A stretch of 45,901 nt of DNA from Octopus bimaculoides (lineage: Eukaryota). The first letter of the stretch is position 1. Each line of letters begins with the position of its first letter. A model generated the notes under the pieces. The model worked only from the letters and a program-made list of their open reading frames with translations, was not told the origin of the DNA and made no database searches. Below, piece by piece: positions 23,846 to 34,953 of the stretch. The stretch lies in the NCBI RefSeq assembly GCF_001194135.2, contig NC_068983.1:15345533-15391433 (forward strand), read 5' to 3'. A program made the position numbers and the translations under genes.

Positions 23846-24140
23846 TGGACGGATATGTGTTCTCATCTTGTTTGTTGTTACCACAATGTTTCGGTTGATT
23901 TAACTCTCCAGCCTGTATCAAGTGTCCTCATGGAATTTTGAACCCAAACCTGGGTTCTCATTCCTAAGGTTGTTTTTTTTTTATATTATTTATTCAATAA
24001 ATAATAATATCAAAAAAATACCTTAGGAATGAGAACCTAGGGTTGGGTTCAAAATTACACCAGGACACCTGATGAAGACTGGAAAGTAAATCAGCCAAAA
24101 CATGGTAACAACAAACAAGATGAGGTTGCATATCCATCCA
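23846..24140. mobile_element. Fold-back of a Penelope-like terminal sequence with decayed hammerhead motifs
   Basis: Arms are centred on C23995. The right arm has GGACAC-CTGATGA-AGACTGG..CAGCC-AAAAC; the left arm (minus) has GGACAC-TTGATAC-AGGCTGG..CAACC-GAAAC. Confidence 0.7.
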
Positions 24141-24499
24141 AGGTATATAATAATCCTATTATTGCAAGGAGACTATTTTAAAGTTCGGTGTGTGTCTGCA
24201 AAAGACCAGAAGTGCATCACTATTGATGTGTGTCATAAGTTTGCCATCACTGCTCTATTGTCATCATCTTTAAAATAGGATAAAATTATTTTTAAGAAAA
24301 TGCCATGCTGAATAATTGTAGACCTAGATATATATCTGAAATAAACTGGGGATATTCATAACTGGAATCCATGTTGATTTGGGAGTAAACATCAGCAGAG
24401 AATTTCTAAACGTTGATGAATTTATGAGAAACATGTATGAGGAAACTAAAAAGATATTTCATCGAAGTCGACAGGTTTGCAAACATACAACCTCTAAAT

Positions 24500-25439
24500 C
24501 AGTGGTTCTCAACCAGGGTCCATATAAGATTTTGTTGTTAAAATTTATCTGTAATAAATTGGTTTTACTTCTATAATACACAAAATATTTTGAATTTTTT
24601 ATACAATTCCTAATAATATTTATGTGTACCTTTCCTTCTTTGGACCTGTTGANNNNNNNNNNNNNNNNNNNNNNNNNNNNNNNNNNNNNNNNNNNNNNNN
24701 NNNNNNNNNNNNNNNNNNNNNNNNNNNNNNNNNNNNNNNNNNNNNNNNNNNNNNNNNNNNNNNNNNNNNNNNNNNNNNNNNNNNNNNNNNNNNNNNNNNN
24801 NNNNNNNNNNNNNNNNNNNNNNNNNNNNNNNNNNNNNNNNNNNNNNNNNNNNNNNNNNNNNNNNNNNNNNNNNNNNNNNNNNNNNNNNNNNNNNNNNNNN
24901 NNNNNNNNNNNNNNNNNNNNNNNNNNNNNNNNNNNNNNNNNNNNNNNNNNNNNNNNNNNNNNNNNNNNNNNNNNNNNNNNNNNNNNNNNNNNNNNNNNNN
25001 NNNNNNNNNNNNNNNNNNNNNNNNNNNNNNNNNNNNNNNNNNNAGATCGTTGCCAGTGCCCCTGGACTGACTCTTGTGCGGGTGGCACATAAAATACACC
25101 ACTTTGAGTGTGACCATTGCCAGTACCGCCTGACTGGCCTTCGTGCTGGTGGCACGTAAAAGCACCCACTACACTCTCTGAGTGGTTGGCGTTAGGAAGG
25201 GCATCCAGCTGTAGAAACTCTGCCAAATCAGATTGGAGCCTGGTGTAGCTATCTGGTTCACCAGTCCTCAGTCAAATCGTCCAACCCATGCTAGCATGGA
25301 AAGCAGACGTTAAATGATGATGATGATGATTTAATTATAAAAATATGATTTTTTTAAAACATCAAATAGCTAGGAGGGCCCTGAGTAAAACAAGGAATCA
25401 AAGAGGTCCATAGGTAAAAGAAATGGTTAAGAAACACTG
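24500..25439. mobile_element. hAT (Charlie-like) MITE with an RTE tail inserted
   Basis: TIRs CAGTGGTTCTCAACC / GGTTAAGAAACACTG; 8-bp TSD ctctaaat vs ctccacat (6/8 match). Confidence 0.78.
24625..25330 (+). mobile_element. RTE LINE 3' tail inside the hAT MITE (N-gap 24653-25043)
   Basis: Same tail with (GAT)n at about 25315-25330. Confidence 0.82.
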
Positions 25440-25821
25440 CTCCACATCATTACACAACTTGCTAGAAATAATGGCCAAACCTTCAAGTCACATCGTAAAA
25501 GATAAAGCACACATCTAAAGAAAATAGTTCTAGATATGATAGTCATATCTATCATAGAAAATAGATCTAGATATACAATTAGACAGGATAGTCATGACTG
25601 GAACATCTTTGCTCAAAGTCTGATAAACCAAAATCCTGCCTTCCACTCTTTATTCATCATTTGTACTTGAAATATATCCATAACCTTTCATTAGCTACAT
25701 CTGAGAATCTAGTCAGCCTTAAAGCAATAAAACTTTTGCTACTTTCCAAGTTATGCAAACTTAAGGCTACATTTTGAAATTTCATTGCAAACTTTATTGC
25801 AATGATAAGTTCAACAGTGAC

Positions 25822-26517
25822 TTAACCCTTTTAGCATTCAGATTACTCTGTCAAATGTAAGGCTTATTCATTTCCACTGTTCTGAATTAGTGCATTATCT
25901 CATCATCATCATCGTTTAACGTCCGCTTTCCATGCTAGCATGGGTTGGACGATTTGACTGAGGACTGGTGAAACCAGATAGCTACACCAGGCTCCAATCT
26001 GATTTGGCAGAGTTTCTACAGCTGGATGCCCTTCCTAACGCCAACCACTCCGAAAGTGTAGTAGGTGCTTTTACGTGCCACCGGCACGAAGGCCAGTCAG
26101 GCAGTACTGGCAACAGCCACGCTCAAAATGGTGTATTTTATGTGCCACCTGCACAGGAGCCAGTTCAGCAGCACTGGCAACAATCTCGCTCGAATGTCTT
26201 TACTCGTGCCATCTGGCACAAGTGCCAGGAAGGTGATGCTGGGCACAGGTGCCATTGACGGTTTCGCTTTCACTTGCCCCAATAAGTCTTCGCAAGCCGA
26301 GTTTCGTTTCCAATGAAGGGGACGACGTTGGCATGGGTGCCAGTCGTCGGATTTAATTTGATTTCACTTGCCTCAACAGGTCTGAGATTTTGATGGCATA
26401 ATTAGTTTTACAGTAACATTGTAAGGCAGGTGTGAGAAGCTAGATCTGGTTGGTTTGAACATAAAACAGGCAGAATATTCAGGCTAGATATGGTCGGTTT
26501 AAATGTTAAAGGGTTAA
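25822..26517. mobile_element. piggyBac-type MITE with an RTE 3' tail inserted
   Basis: TTAACCCTTTTAGCATT...AATGTTAAAGGGTTAA; both halves align with the inverted 32062 copy; RTE tail at about 25900-26382. Confidence 0.8.
25900..26382 (-). mobile_element. RTE LINE 3' tail inside the piggyBac MITE
   Basis: Same tail, reversed. Confidence 0.85.
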
Positions 26518-28065
26518 AAGAAGAAAGAAACTCATTGCTATCAGGTTTATGAGAGTAAATTAATAGTTTTCTTGAAACTAATCCAATCTAAGAATTGCAT
26601 AACAGTTCAATAATCTGAGATATATTTTAAGAAGTAATTTGCATCACTTGGATTTTGTAACATTCTCAATATGCAGTATTGAATTTTATATGAAGTTACA
26701 ACTATTTTAGAACAAAGAACTATGACATCCCCCTAAATAGAACTTGTCTTTAGAAATTGAAGTAAAACAGTAAAGGGCTCAATGTTTCTAGTATAAGGCA
26801 ATATACAGAGGAAAACTATTATACAAACGTGAATCAAAACTGGAGATATGAAATGGCAGATTTTTCACTCAAATCCTTAACATATATTTTGAAAAAATTT
26901 ATTACATAAAATAAGTACCAATAAAATCATTTGTTTATGATCTACCAAATTTCTAATTTTAAAAGAATTAAGCTAAAAATGTTAACAAACCTAATGTTAA
27001 TGTATATTTCCAAATGATTTTTTTTCACAAAGTTTTACATTTAAAAAGTAATCCAAATATTCGAATGATGATTGGCATACAATAAACAATATAAATGAAA
27101 ATCTAACGCTTCAAATTAATANNNNNNNNNNNNGAAAAAAAAAAAAAAAAAAGATAACATTAGCAGTTTTATGAAATTTTCCCCAAATCTAGACTGTTCA
27201 CTTATAATTTAAAATCTGAATTGTTTTCATTTGTATATTATCATCATTATTTTAAATAAATAATTTTTCAATAAAATTATTTTAGTAGAAAGTAAAGTTT
27301 TTGCAGTAATTGTAATGCAGACATTGGAGCAATGGATGTAAAAAAAAAAGGATTATTGAAGAAGGAAAAAAAAGGGAAAGAAAGAATAAATAATAATATT
27401 CACTTATATTTCAAAACAAAAATATTGTAATAGGAAGGATAGTTTTCATCAGAAAATATTACATTTTGATGGAAAAAAAAAAAAAAAAAGGAAAGGGAAA
27501 ATAATATGCGAAAGAAAATAGTAATATGTGTGTATTTTGGTTTTATCATAGTAAATAACATTGATTTTCAATATAAAAGGAAAATGTGGTATTAATAGAT
27601 TAAACTAAAAAGTTCACAAAGAAACCATTTTACAATATTTTTATTTTCAAGTTGCTATATATCTAATTTTAATGTAGATATGATAATTTAGTGAATTCAA
27701 TGAACGTTTCTTGTTTCAAATTCATCAAGAAAAAAATAAATAACATTGCCAGTTTTAATGTTAAGCCATTTATGTATGTATCACTGCTACATTAAACAGA
27801 TTGGTGTTCTATTATACATTGTTGAATGATAAGTTAGTAGACATGATTTTATTCTACTAATAATAATAATAATAAGTCTAGTGGTGCTGATGATGTTTGA
27901 AAAAAAATACATATGAAAATATCAAGTTAGAAAAGCTTATCACCAACAGTCACTTAAAGTAGAGATTTTATCTCCAGTAATGGAATACTTCAAAAGAGAG
28001 GTAGAACAGTCTGTGTCAGTCATGGATAGTTTGTATCAAATATATTTAACCACAAATAATATTGA

Positions 28066-28076
28066 GAATAATGATA

Positions 28077-28110
<34 letters not shown>
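28066..28110. repeat. (AAT)n microsatellite
   Basis: Directly visible. Confidence 0.9.
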
Positions 28111-28117
<7 letters not shown>

Positions 28118-29864
28118 TTGACAATACTGATCCATGATGTCATACATCTTTCAATGTTAACTGAAAGAAAGAGAATATGTTTATTTTTATTCCTAACCGT
28201 TTAACTGATAAGTCAGGTTATTAATATCATGCTGATTAGATATATTTACAGAAGATTTTTTTTTTTTTTTTTTTTTTCAATCAAATATCTAGTAAAATAT
28301 ACACATAACATTTATATACAACAGTTAACTTTTCAGGTTTGATCAAACTTTGCCATAAGTTGTCTTTTGAAACTATGTCAACAAAAATGCAGTTTAAAAA
28401 TCTATCGATACTCAGCGTTGTTAATTGTTTCTCTCAATTGTAAGGTGCATGAAAATCCAAGAAAACAACACATGACAATTGAAATGCTTACACAATTATA
28501 TTAAGTTAAATAACATTTCTAAACACACAATCTTTAATGGAAAGACAAAGCAAGAGTTTTCAAAATTAAGACATTACTAGTGGCAATACAACCATGAAAA
28601 TAATCTGTAGCTCATTTAAAAGCCATCTTGAATTAAAGTTTCTCCAAACATTTCACTACTGAAGACTACTGTTAAGTTTATACATAAATTTCAGCAACAA
28701 CAATCATTCCACAAAAGTGGCTAATTAGTTTGTAAATGCCAATATTTTTCTCAGTAGTAAGAAAATTGTACTATCATACAAGAATAGTTTACAGTCCCAC
28801 CTCTCTTTTTCTAACATATTTTTGCATAAATGGAAACAATGAAAGAATGTAGTAATTAGGTTTCTCAACAAAGAGATATATTTAAATGAAATTATTTGAA
28901 TAATCACATGATATATTATCAGAATGAAATGTTCCTTGGGATATAAGATCGCTACAAATCAATCTAACAAAAGCAAGCTAACAGAAACCATAAGAATGGA
29001 TGAAATATATGAACATCAAGTGTTAATTAACTGATAACAAATACACTTAAAGTTAAAATGTAAACATTAGTAATAAAGTAAAAATGTCATTTTTTACTTC
29101 ATAAAAGCCTTAAAGTATTTTAAAATGCATTGAAAAACAATATTTCTGATTAGATTTTGAAATCTGAATAGTTATAAGAGCTTAATAAATAAATATATAA
29201 ATAGAACAAAACTGATTTATTCATTTTTCTAAAATTAATTCTAGCAATTTTAAAGAATTAAATCATGGATTGAATATATAAATTTTATACAAGATCAATA
29301 AGACAACAAAATATATCTGTAAACTTTGTTAGCCTGATGATGATGTATTCATAAGCATGTGGTTGTATTTTTTTTTTTAATTTCAATATCAAAATTCTCT
29401 CATAAATAAGAGTTTCAAATAAATAATCTCTCTAATAGTTGATGTATCTAATTTCTTTGTTAAACAGAACAAAATTGAAAATCAGTTTTAAATATTTTTT
29501 TTCTTTTTTACATTTCAAATAACATTTAGAAATGATAGTGTTGATGATAAAAAAGATGAAGATAAAATATATAAAGTGTACAAGTGTTGCTATGTCAAGA
29601 ACCAAGTGTAAAGATAAAGTCAAAAAAAAGATTATTTCAATTTTAGAAAATAATGAGTCAATAAAAAAAATAGCTAAAGGAAAAGAAAAAACTTATTTTA
29701 ATTACCTTTCAAAATACAAAGACATAAACTTCCTAACGGTTAGTTGCACTATGTCAAAGCTAGGGACCCTATTTTGTACTGTATCTTTTTCTATAAATGT
29801 TTCTCGCTAGTAGATTTGTAGAAGATAACTGAAAATATTTTGCCAAATAAAAACAGATGAAGAC

Positions 29865-30273
29865 TGAGTCTTTTTGGCTTGCGAAGACCTGTTGGGGCAA
29901 GCGAAAGCGAAATCGTGATGGCACCTGCGCCCAGCATCACCTTCCTGACACTTGTGCCGGTGGCACATGTAAAGACATCCGAGTGAGATCGTTGCCAGTG
30001 CCGCCAAACTGGCTCCTGTGCAGGTGGCACATAAAATACACCATTTTGAGAGTGGCCGTTGCCAGTACCTCCTGACTGGCCTTTGTGCCGGTGGCTCATT
30101 AAAGCACCCACTACACTCTCGGAGTGGTTGGAGTTAGGAAGGGCATCCAGCTGTAGAAACTCTGCCAAATCAGATTGGAGCCTGGTGTAGCCATCTGGTT
30201 TCACCAGTCCTCAGTCAAATCGTCCAACCCATGCTAGCATGGAAAGCGGACATTAAACGACGACGACGACGAT
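29865..30273 (+). mobile_element. RTE LINE 3' tail
   Basis: Same tail ending in (GAC)n. Confidence 0.85.
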
Positions 30274-30654
30274 TTTAAAAAATATATGCATTCTTTTGTA
30301 GAATAAGTGATGTTTAAAGAAATCCTAGCAATGATATACATAAGCACAAACATTTTGAATTATTAGAATTTGTATTCTTCAAAATGCACTGAGGAGAAAT
30401 TACAAATCAAGAATTTATGATTATTTTTTTTTTTTAACACTTCTAAAACAATTTATAAAAGTTCAAAGAAAAGACTGATATGTTAATTATTTAAAACAAA
30501 AGTTTATAGGCCTCACAATAAATATTGGGAGATGGAGGTCAGAACTGATGTTTCCAATAATAAATTCAATGACACAATTCAGAGTAAAGTTATTTCAGAC
30601 TTTATAGCATTTAGTTTGAGAAAGCGATGTATCATACTGATGACAATACTAATA

Positions 30655-30880
30655 CTCTTCTACTTGTTTCAGTTATTTGACTGCGGCCATGCTGGAGCAC
30701 TGCCTTTATCGAGCAAATTGACCTCAGAGCTTATTCTTTGTAAGCCTATCAGTCACTTTTGCCAAACCGCTAAGTTACAGGAGCGTAAACACACCAGCAT
30801 CGGTTGTCAAAGCAATGTTGGGAGGGGGGAGAGCAAACACAGACACACATACATATACACACACACATACATACATACAT

Positions 30881-30911
<31 letters not shown>

Positions 30912-31145
30912 NNNNNNNNNNNNNNNNNNNNNNNNNNNNNNNNNNNNNNNNNNNNNNNNNNNNNNNNNNNNNNATATATACACGCACACACAACGGGTTG
31001 TTCCTGTCTACCAAATCCACTCGCAAGCCTTTGGTCAGCCCGAGGCTATAGTAGAAGACACTTGCAAAGGTGCCACGCAGTGGGACTGAACCCGGAACCA
31101 TGTGATTGGTGAGCAAGCTACTTACCACACAGCCACTCCTGCGCC
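30655..31145 (-). mobile_element. Family A SINE with an expanded (AT)n microsatellite and gap
   Basis: Colinear with the 19329 copy; N-gap 30912-30973 lies in the internal microsatellite. Confidence 0.82.
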
Positions 31146-32061
31146 TATAATATTTAAGAATGGCTACTCAGTCACTGAATTTTCTATTTTTTTAATACTG
31201 CAAGGAGATCATCATCATTTCCAGAAACATAAGAAAACCCACACAGACTTCCCAGATAATGATTGGCATCATAAACATCACCTGGCCACTCTAAGATAGA
31301 AATCTCAAAAAAATATTTTTGAGTAATTAGTAAAGATAAATTTATGAGGAAAAAAAGTTTTAGAGCTGCCGTAATAAAAAAAAAAAAAAAAGCTTTGTGA
31401 AGCGAATTAATTTCTAGAAACAAAAACAATACTCGTATCATTTAGCCTCTAATATTACTGCTAAAACTGCTATTTCATAATTTTATTTAACAATTTCATC
31501 AGTGAAATAAATGTCAAACTTAGACATACTTTTCATGTTAAGAAATAAAAGGAATGACATAGAAAACACATGACAGAGAGAAATGGAATTCTTAATGCCA
31601 GCTTACTCCCCAATATGGGAAAACTAGATTATCTTTCACCTGTAATAAATCAGATGAAATCTAAATTACTGATAGAAGGCAATAAGATAAAATAGAGATT
31701 CTATCACTCTACAAATCTTTTAACATGATTTCATTTTGAAAAGACTTGTTTATGAAATAGTCAAACAATTTTTACATAAAACATATTCCAAACAGAGTAA
31801 AAGACTGAAGACGAGATTTTACATCAGTAAACACTAAGTTTGAGGATAGAACCTTTAACTATGCTTTTAATTCTCAATGCTTGTGTGTGTGTGTGTGTAC
31901 ACACACATGAAAGACAGGGTAAAGGCTCAGAGTTAGTCACATAAACAACTAAATTTATCACTGTAGTGGTACAAAGGAGAAAAAAACAGACTATAAAATC
32001 AACTTTTTTGGCTCCTGTAATGATATATAGAAAAGCATTTAAAATCCAGCGTTAACACATA

Positions 32062-32289
32062 TTAACCCTTTAGTGTTTAAACCGGCCATATCAGGCCAAA
32101 ATTGTCTTCCTGTTTTATGCTCAAACCAGCCAGCTCTGACCTCTCACACCTACCCTACAAAGTCATTCTAAAAATGAACAGGGACATCATTAAAATCTCA
32201 GAGTTACAAGATGCTGTACAATTAATTCAAAATAATGTAATTAAACAGGCTTTACATTTGACAGAGTAATCTGAATGCTAAAGGGTTAA
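32062..32289. mobile_element. piggyBac-type MITE (intact, about 220 bp)
   Basis: TTAA TSDs with CCCTTTAG/CTAAAGGG TIRs. Confidence 0.85.
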
Positions 32290-33751
32290 AATAATTATAT
32301 AACTTTTGAGGGTCAATTACCATAAGAAATACATTTATTGTCTAAAGACCTATGTCCAAAGAGTTTACGTTGCTAACTGGGATACAACTGAAAGGTGGAG
32401 CCTTTAATTTTATACTGATTCCATTTAAGCAATAACTTTCCATAAAATAGCTAACACTAAATATAGTTCCAGATTTTAAAATCAATGTGGAAAATGTTGA
32501 AATACATTGGAATGTTTTCTTTCATAATTTATTGTTTTATAACCTGCTTAGAACAGAAACCAGACATTCTGTGATGCTTGTCCCCTAACCTACCGTCAGT
32601 AGCAATCTACAATCACATAACAAACATATGATTAAGCACAGTATATTTATTGACCATCTTAAAATAAGCAAAGAAGAAAACTAATGATAAACTAATATAA
32701 GTACCAGTAATTTAGTTACTTGGTAGCAATAAATAAAACTAGGCCAAACAACAAAACAATAACACCAGAATTAAAATAATACACACAAGAGAAATCAAAG
32801 GTTTAAAATTTCTGAGGAACTATAAAGTACTTATAACATGTGGAATCATTGACCAAAAGCTTGAAATAACTGATATGAGGTTTTTTAGTGAATGAGATCT
32901 TATTCAAATGAATAAAACTAGAAAGGGATGAGATCTATTTCTTTACTCAATATCATTTGGAAAAATATAAATGATAATAATAATAATGCTTGTGTTGATT
33001 TTAGAAGACTTCTTAGAAGATTTCGAAAATTAGTTTACATATATTTCAAAACATCTTTTTTTGTATCTACAAAGACATTAGTTTTGGCTACATATTCAAA
33101 TAATAAATTTTATCTAAAACAAGTGAACAAGACCTATGGGTAACACAAAAAGGGAAAAACCCCCACCAAAATATGAAACTTTTCCATTGATTAGGGTGAC
33201 AGTTGAGGCCTTTTCAAATTACAAAACCAAATTAAAACATTTTTCTTAACTTGACAGGTTATTTTCTAAACCTAAAATAATGTGCTTATTCTATCTTGCA
33301 TAGTATATTGGCATTTCTCTGAACCTAGAAGACATAGCAGCAATTGTGCACATTATAAAAACTAACCTTTCGCTTTAATGATCAAAACAATTAACAAATT
33401 GAAATAAAACTGAGATAACAGAATAAAAGTGGATTATATATGACATGTTTCAATAAATATTTCAAAGTTAGTGAAACATATGATAGGTGCATCTAGAAAA
33501 TTACGAATACATAGAAAAGAATTGCCAGTACAAGTCTTTTCTAATCTTGACATAGCAAAATGCATTTCTGACAATTACAAATTGAAATTCAGGAATTTAT
33601 ATCCTCTTTTCTCCTTCTTGTTATATTATGACATAAAAGTTAAGAAAATAAGGATTTGGGTAGCAGAAAAGAATGTAAATAAAAACTGAAAACACTATCA
33701 TTTGTGAAAGCTGCTTGAAAAAAAACACAGAATTGTTTAAGACTTTCAAGA

Positions 33752-34953
33752 TTAAAGTAAAGATGAAAGAGTTTGTGAGTGTGAGAGACTGGGCTCAGAA
33801 GTGTTGGTCCTTGGATTCAGGTTATCAGGATTATTATTATTGTTATTATTATTACTATTATTGATTGGTGCTTGATTCATAATTGAAGGAGAGAAAGTGG
33901 GGAGGGGGTTATAGCCAGAATTTTCAATTGGAGATTGTCCTGACTTTTTATTTGTCAACATGTGTGGAGATAGCATGTTGCTATAATTGTAATTAGGTAT
34001 GTTGTATAAGCTCTGTTGTTGAAGGTTAGGTAGAGAAGGACTGAAATTGGAAGAAGACATATTCAGGTTAGAGGCAGAAGAGAGCCCAGAATTAGAAACA
34101 GGAATAGGTGAAATCTGAGGCTGTCGATGCCCTTGATGTTGGTGGTGATTTTCAGATTGTGGAATTGATGAAAACGTTGGCAGAAGTGAATGGGTTGAAA
34201 AGTCATTTGAGCCAATTTGCTGGGGATCAACAGTACAACTGTTATTGCTAGCACTGTTTCCCATTTCTACAACTTGTGCCAGTTTGGGAGATGACCTAAC
34301 ATATGAATCAGAGTTATATGGTGACTGAGATGAAATATTAATGTTTGATGTATTCGTGGTAGTCTGCAATGGCATATTATCAATCATGGCAGGTAAATCT
34401 AAAGCAGGTGAATGGATGAATGAAGATGAAGATTTATTTGGAATATCAGTATTGCTGCAGTTGTCAGTAGAGCTACTGCTCACATTCAAGGTGGTGGGAG
34501 CATTAATGATTCCCTCTGATTCATTGTCCATTTTACCTTCGTCATCACTAATGATGCAAATATCATTATCTTTTTGCAGAGACATTTGTTTTTGGAGTGA
34601 TGTAGCTGGAAGAGACAATGAATGAGAACCCAATTGGTGTGTGGATGATGGAAAAGATTTGTTGCGATCAGAAGCTTGAGAGTCAACTGGAAAATGAGAT
34701 AGCTGTTGACTTGATGGTGACTGAATCATATGCTGAGGTAGCATACTATTAAAATTACTATTCCCTACATTGGAATTCCTATTACTCAGAGCTTTAGGAA
34801 AGTATCCAGATTGAAACTGTGGTTTTAAAGATCGTAGATAATTTAAATAATCTGGGTAATTTGAAGAATTTGTCGCTTCGGTATTGTTGCTATTTATTAT
34901 TTGATTATTAGGTCTGCTTTCAAGAAAGCTTAGAGAATTCTTTCCAGAAGCAT
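33752..34953 (-). CDS. RAD54L2: RAD54L2 terminal coding exon, about 400 aa, S/N/Q/P-rich low complexity
   Basis: Poly-T tract plus tcag acceptor at 34954; continuous open frame that includes the 330-aa ORF of the track; TAA at 33752-33754. Confidence 0.85.

Noticed and set aside
29532-29810. 92-aa Lys-rich ORF
   Set aside because: Composition is explained by the A-rich tract; no splice or domain support.
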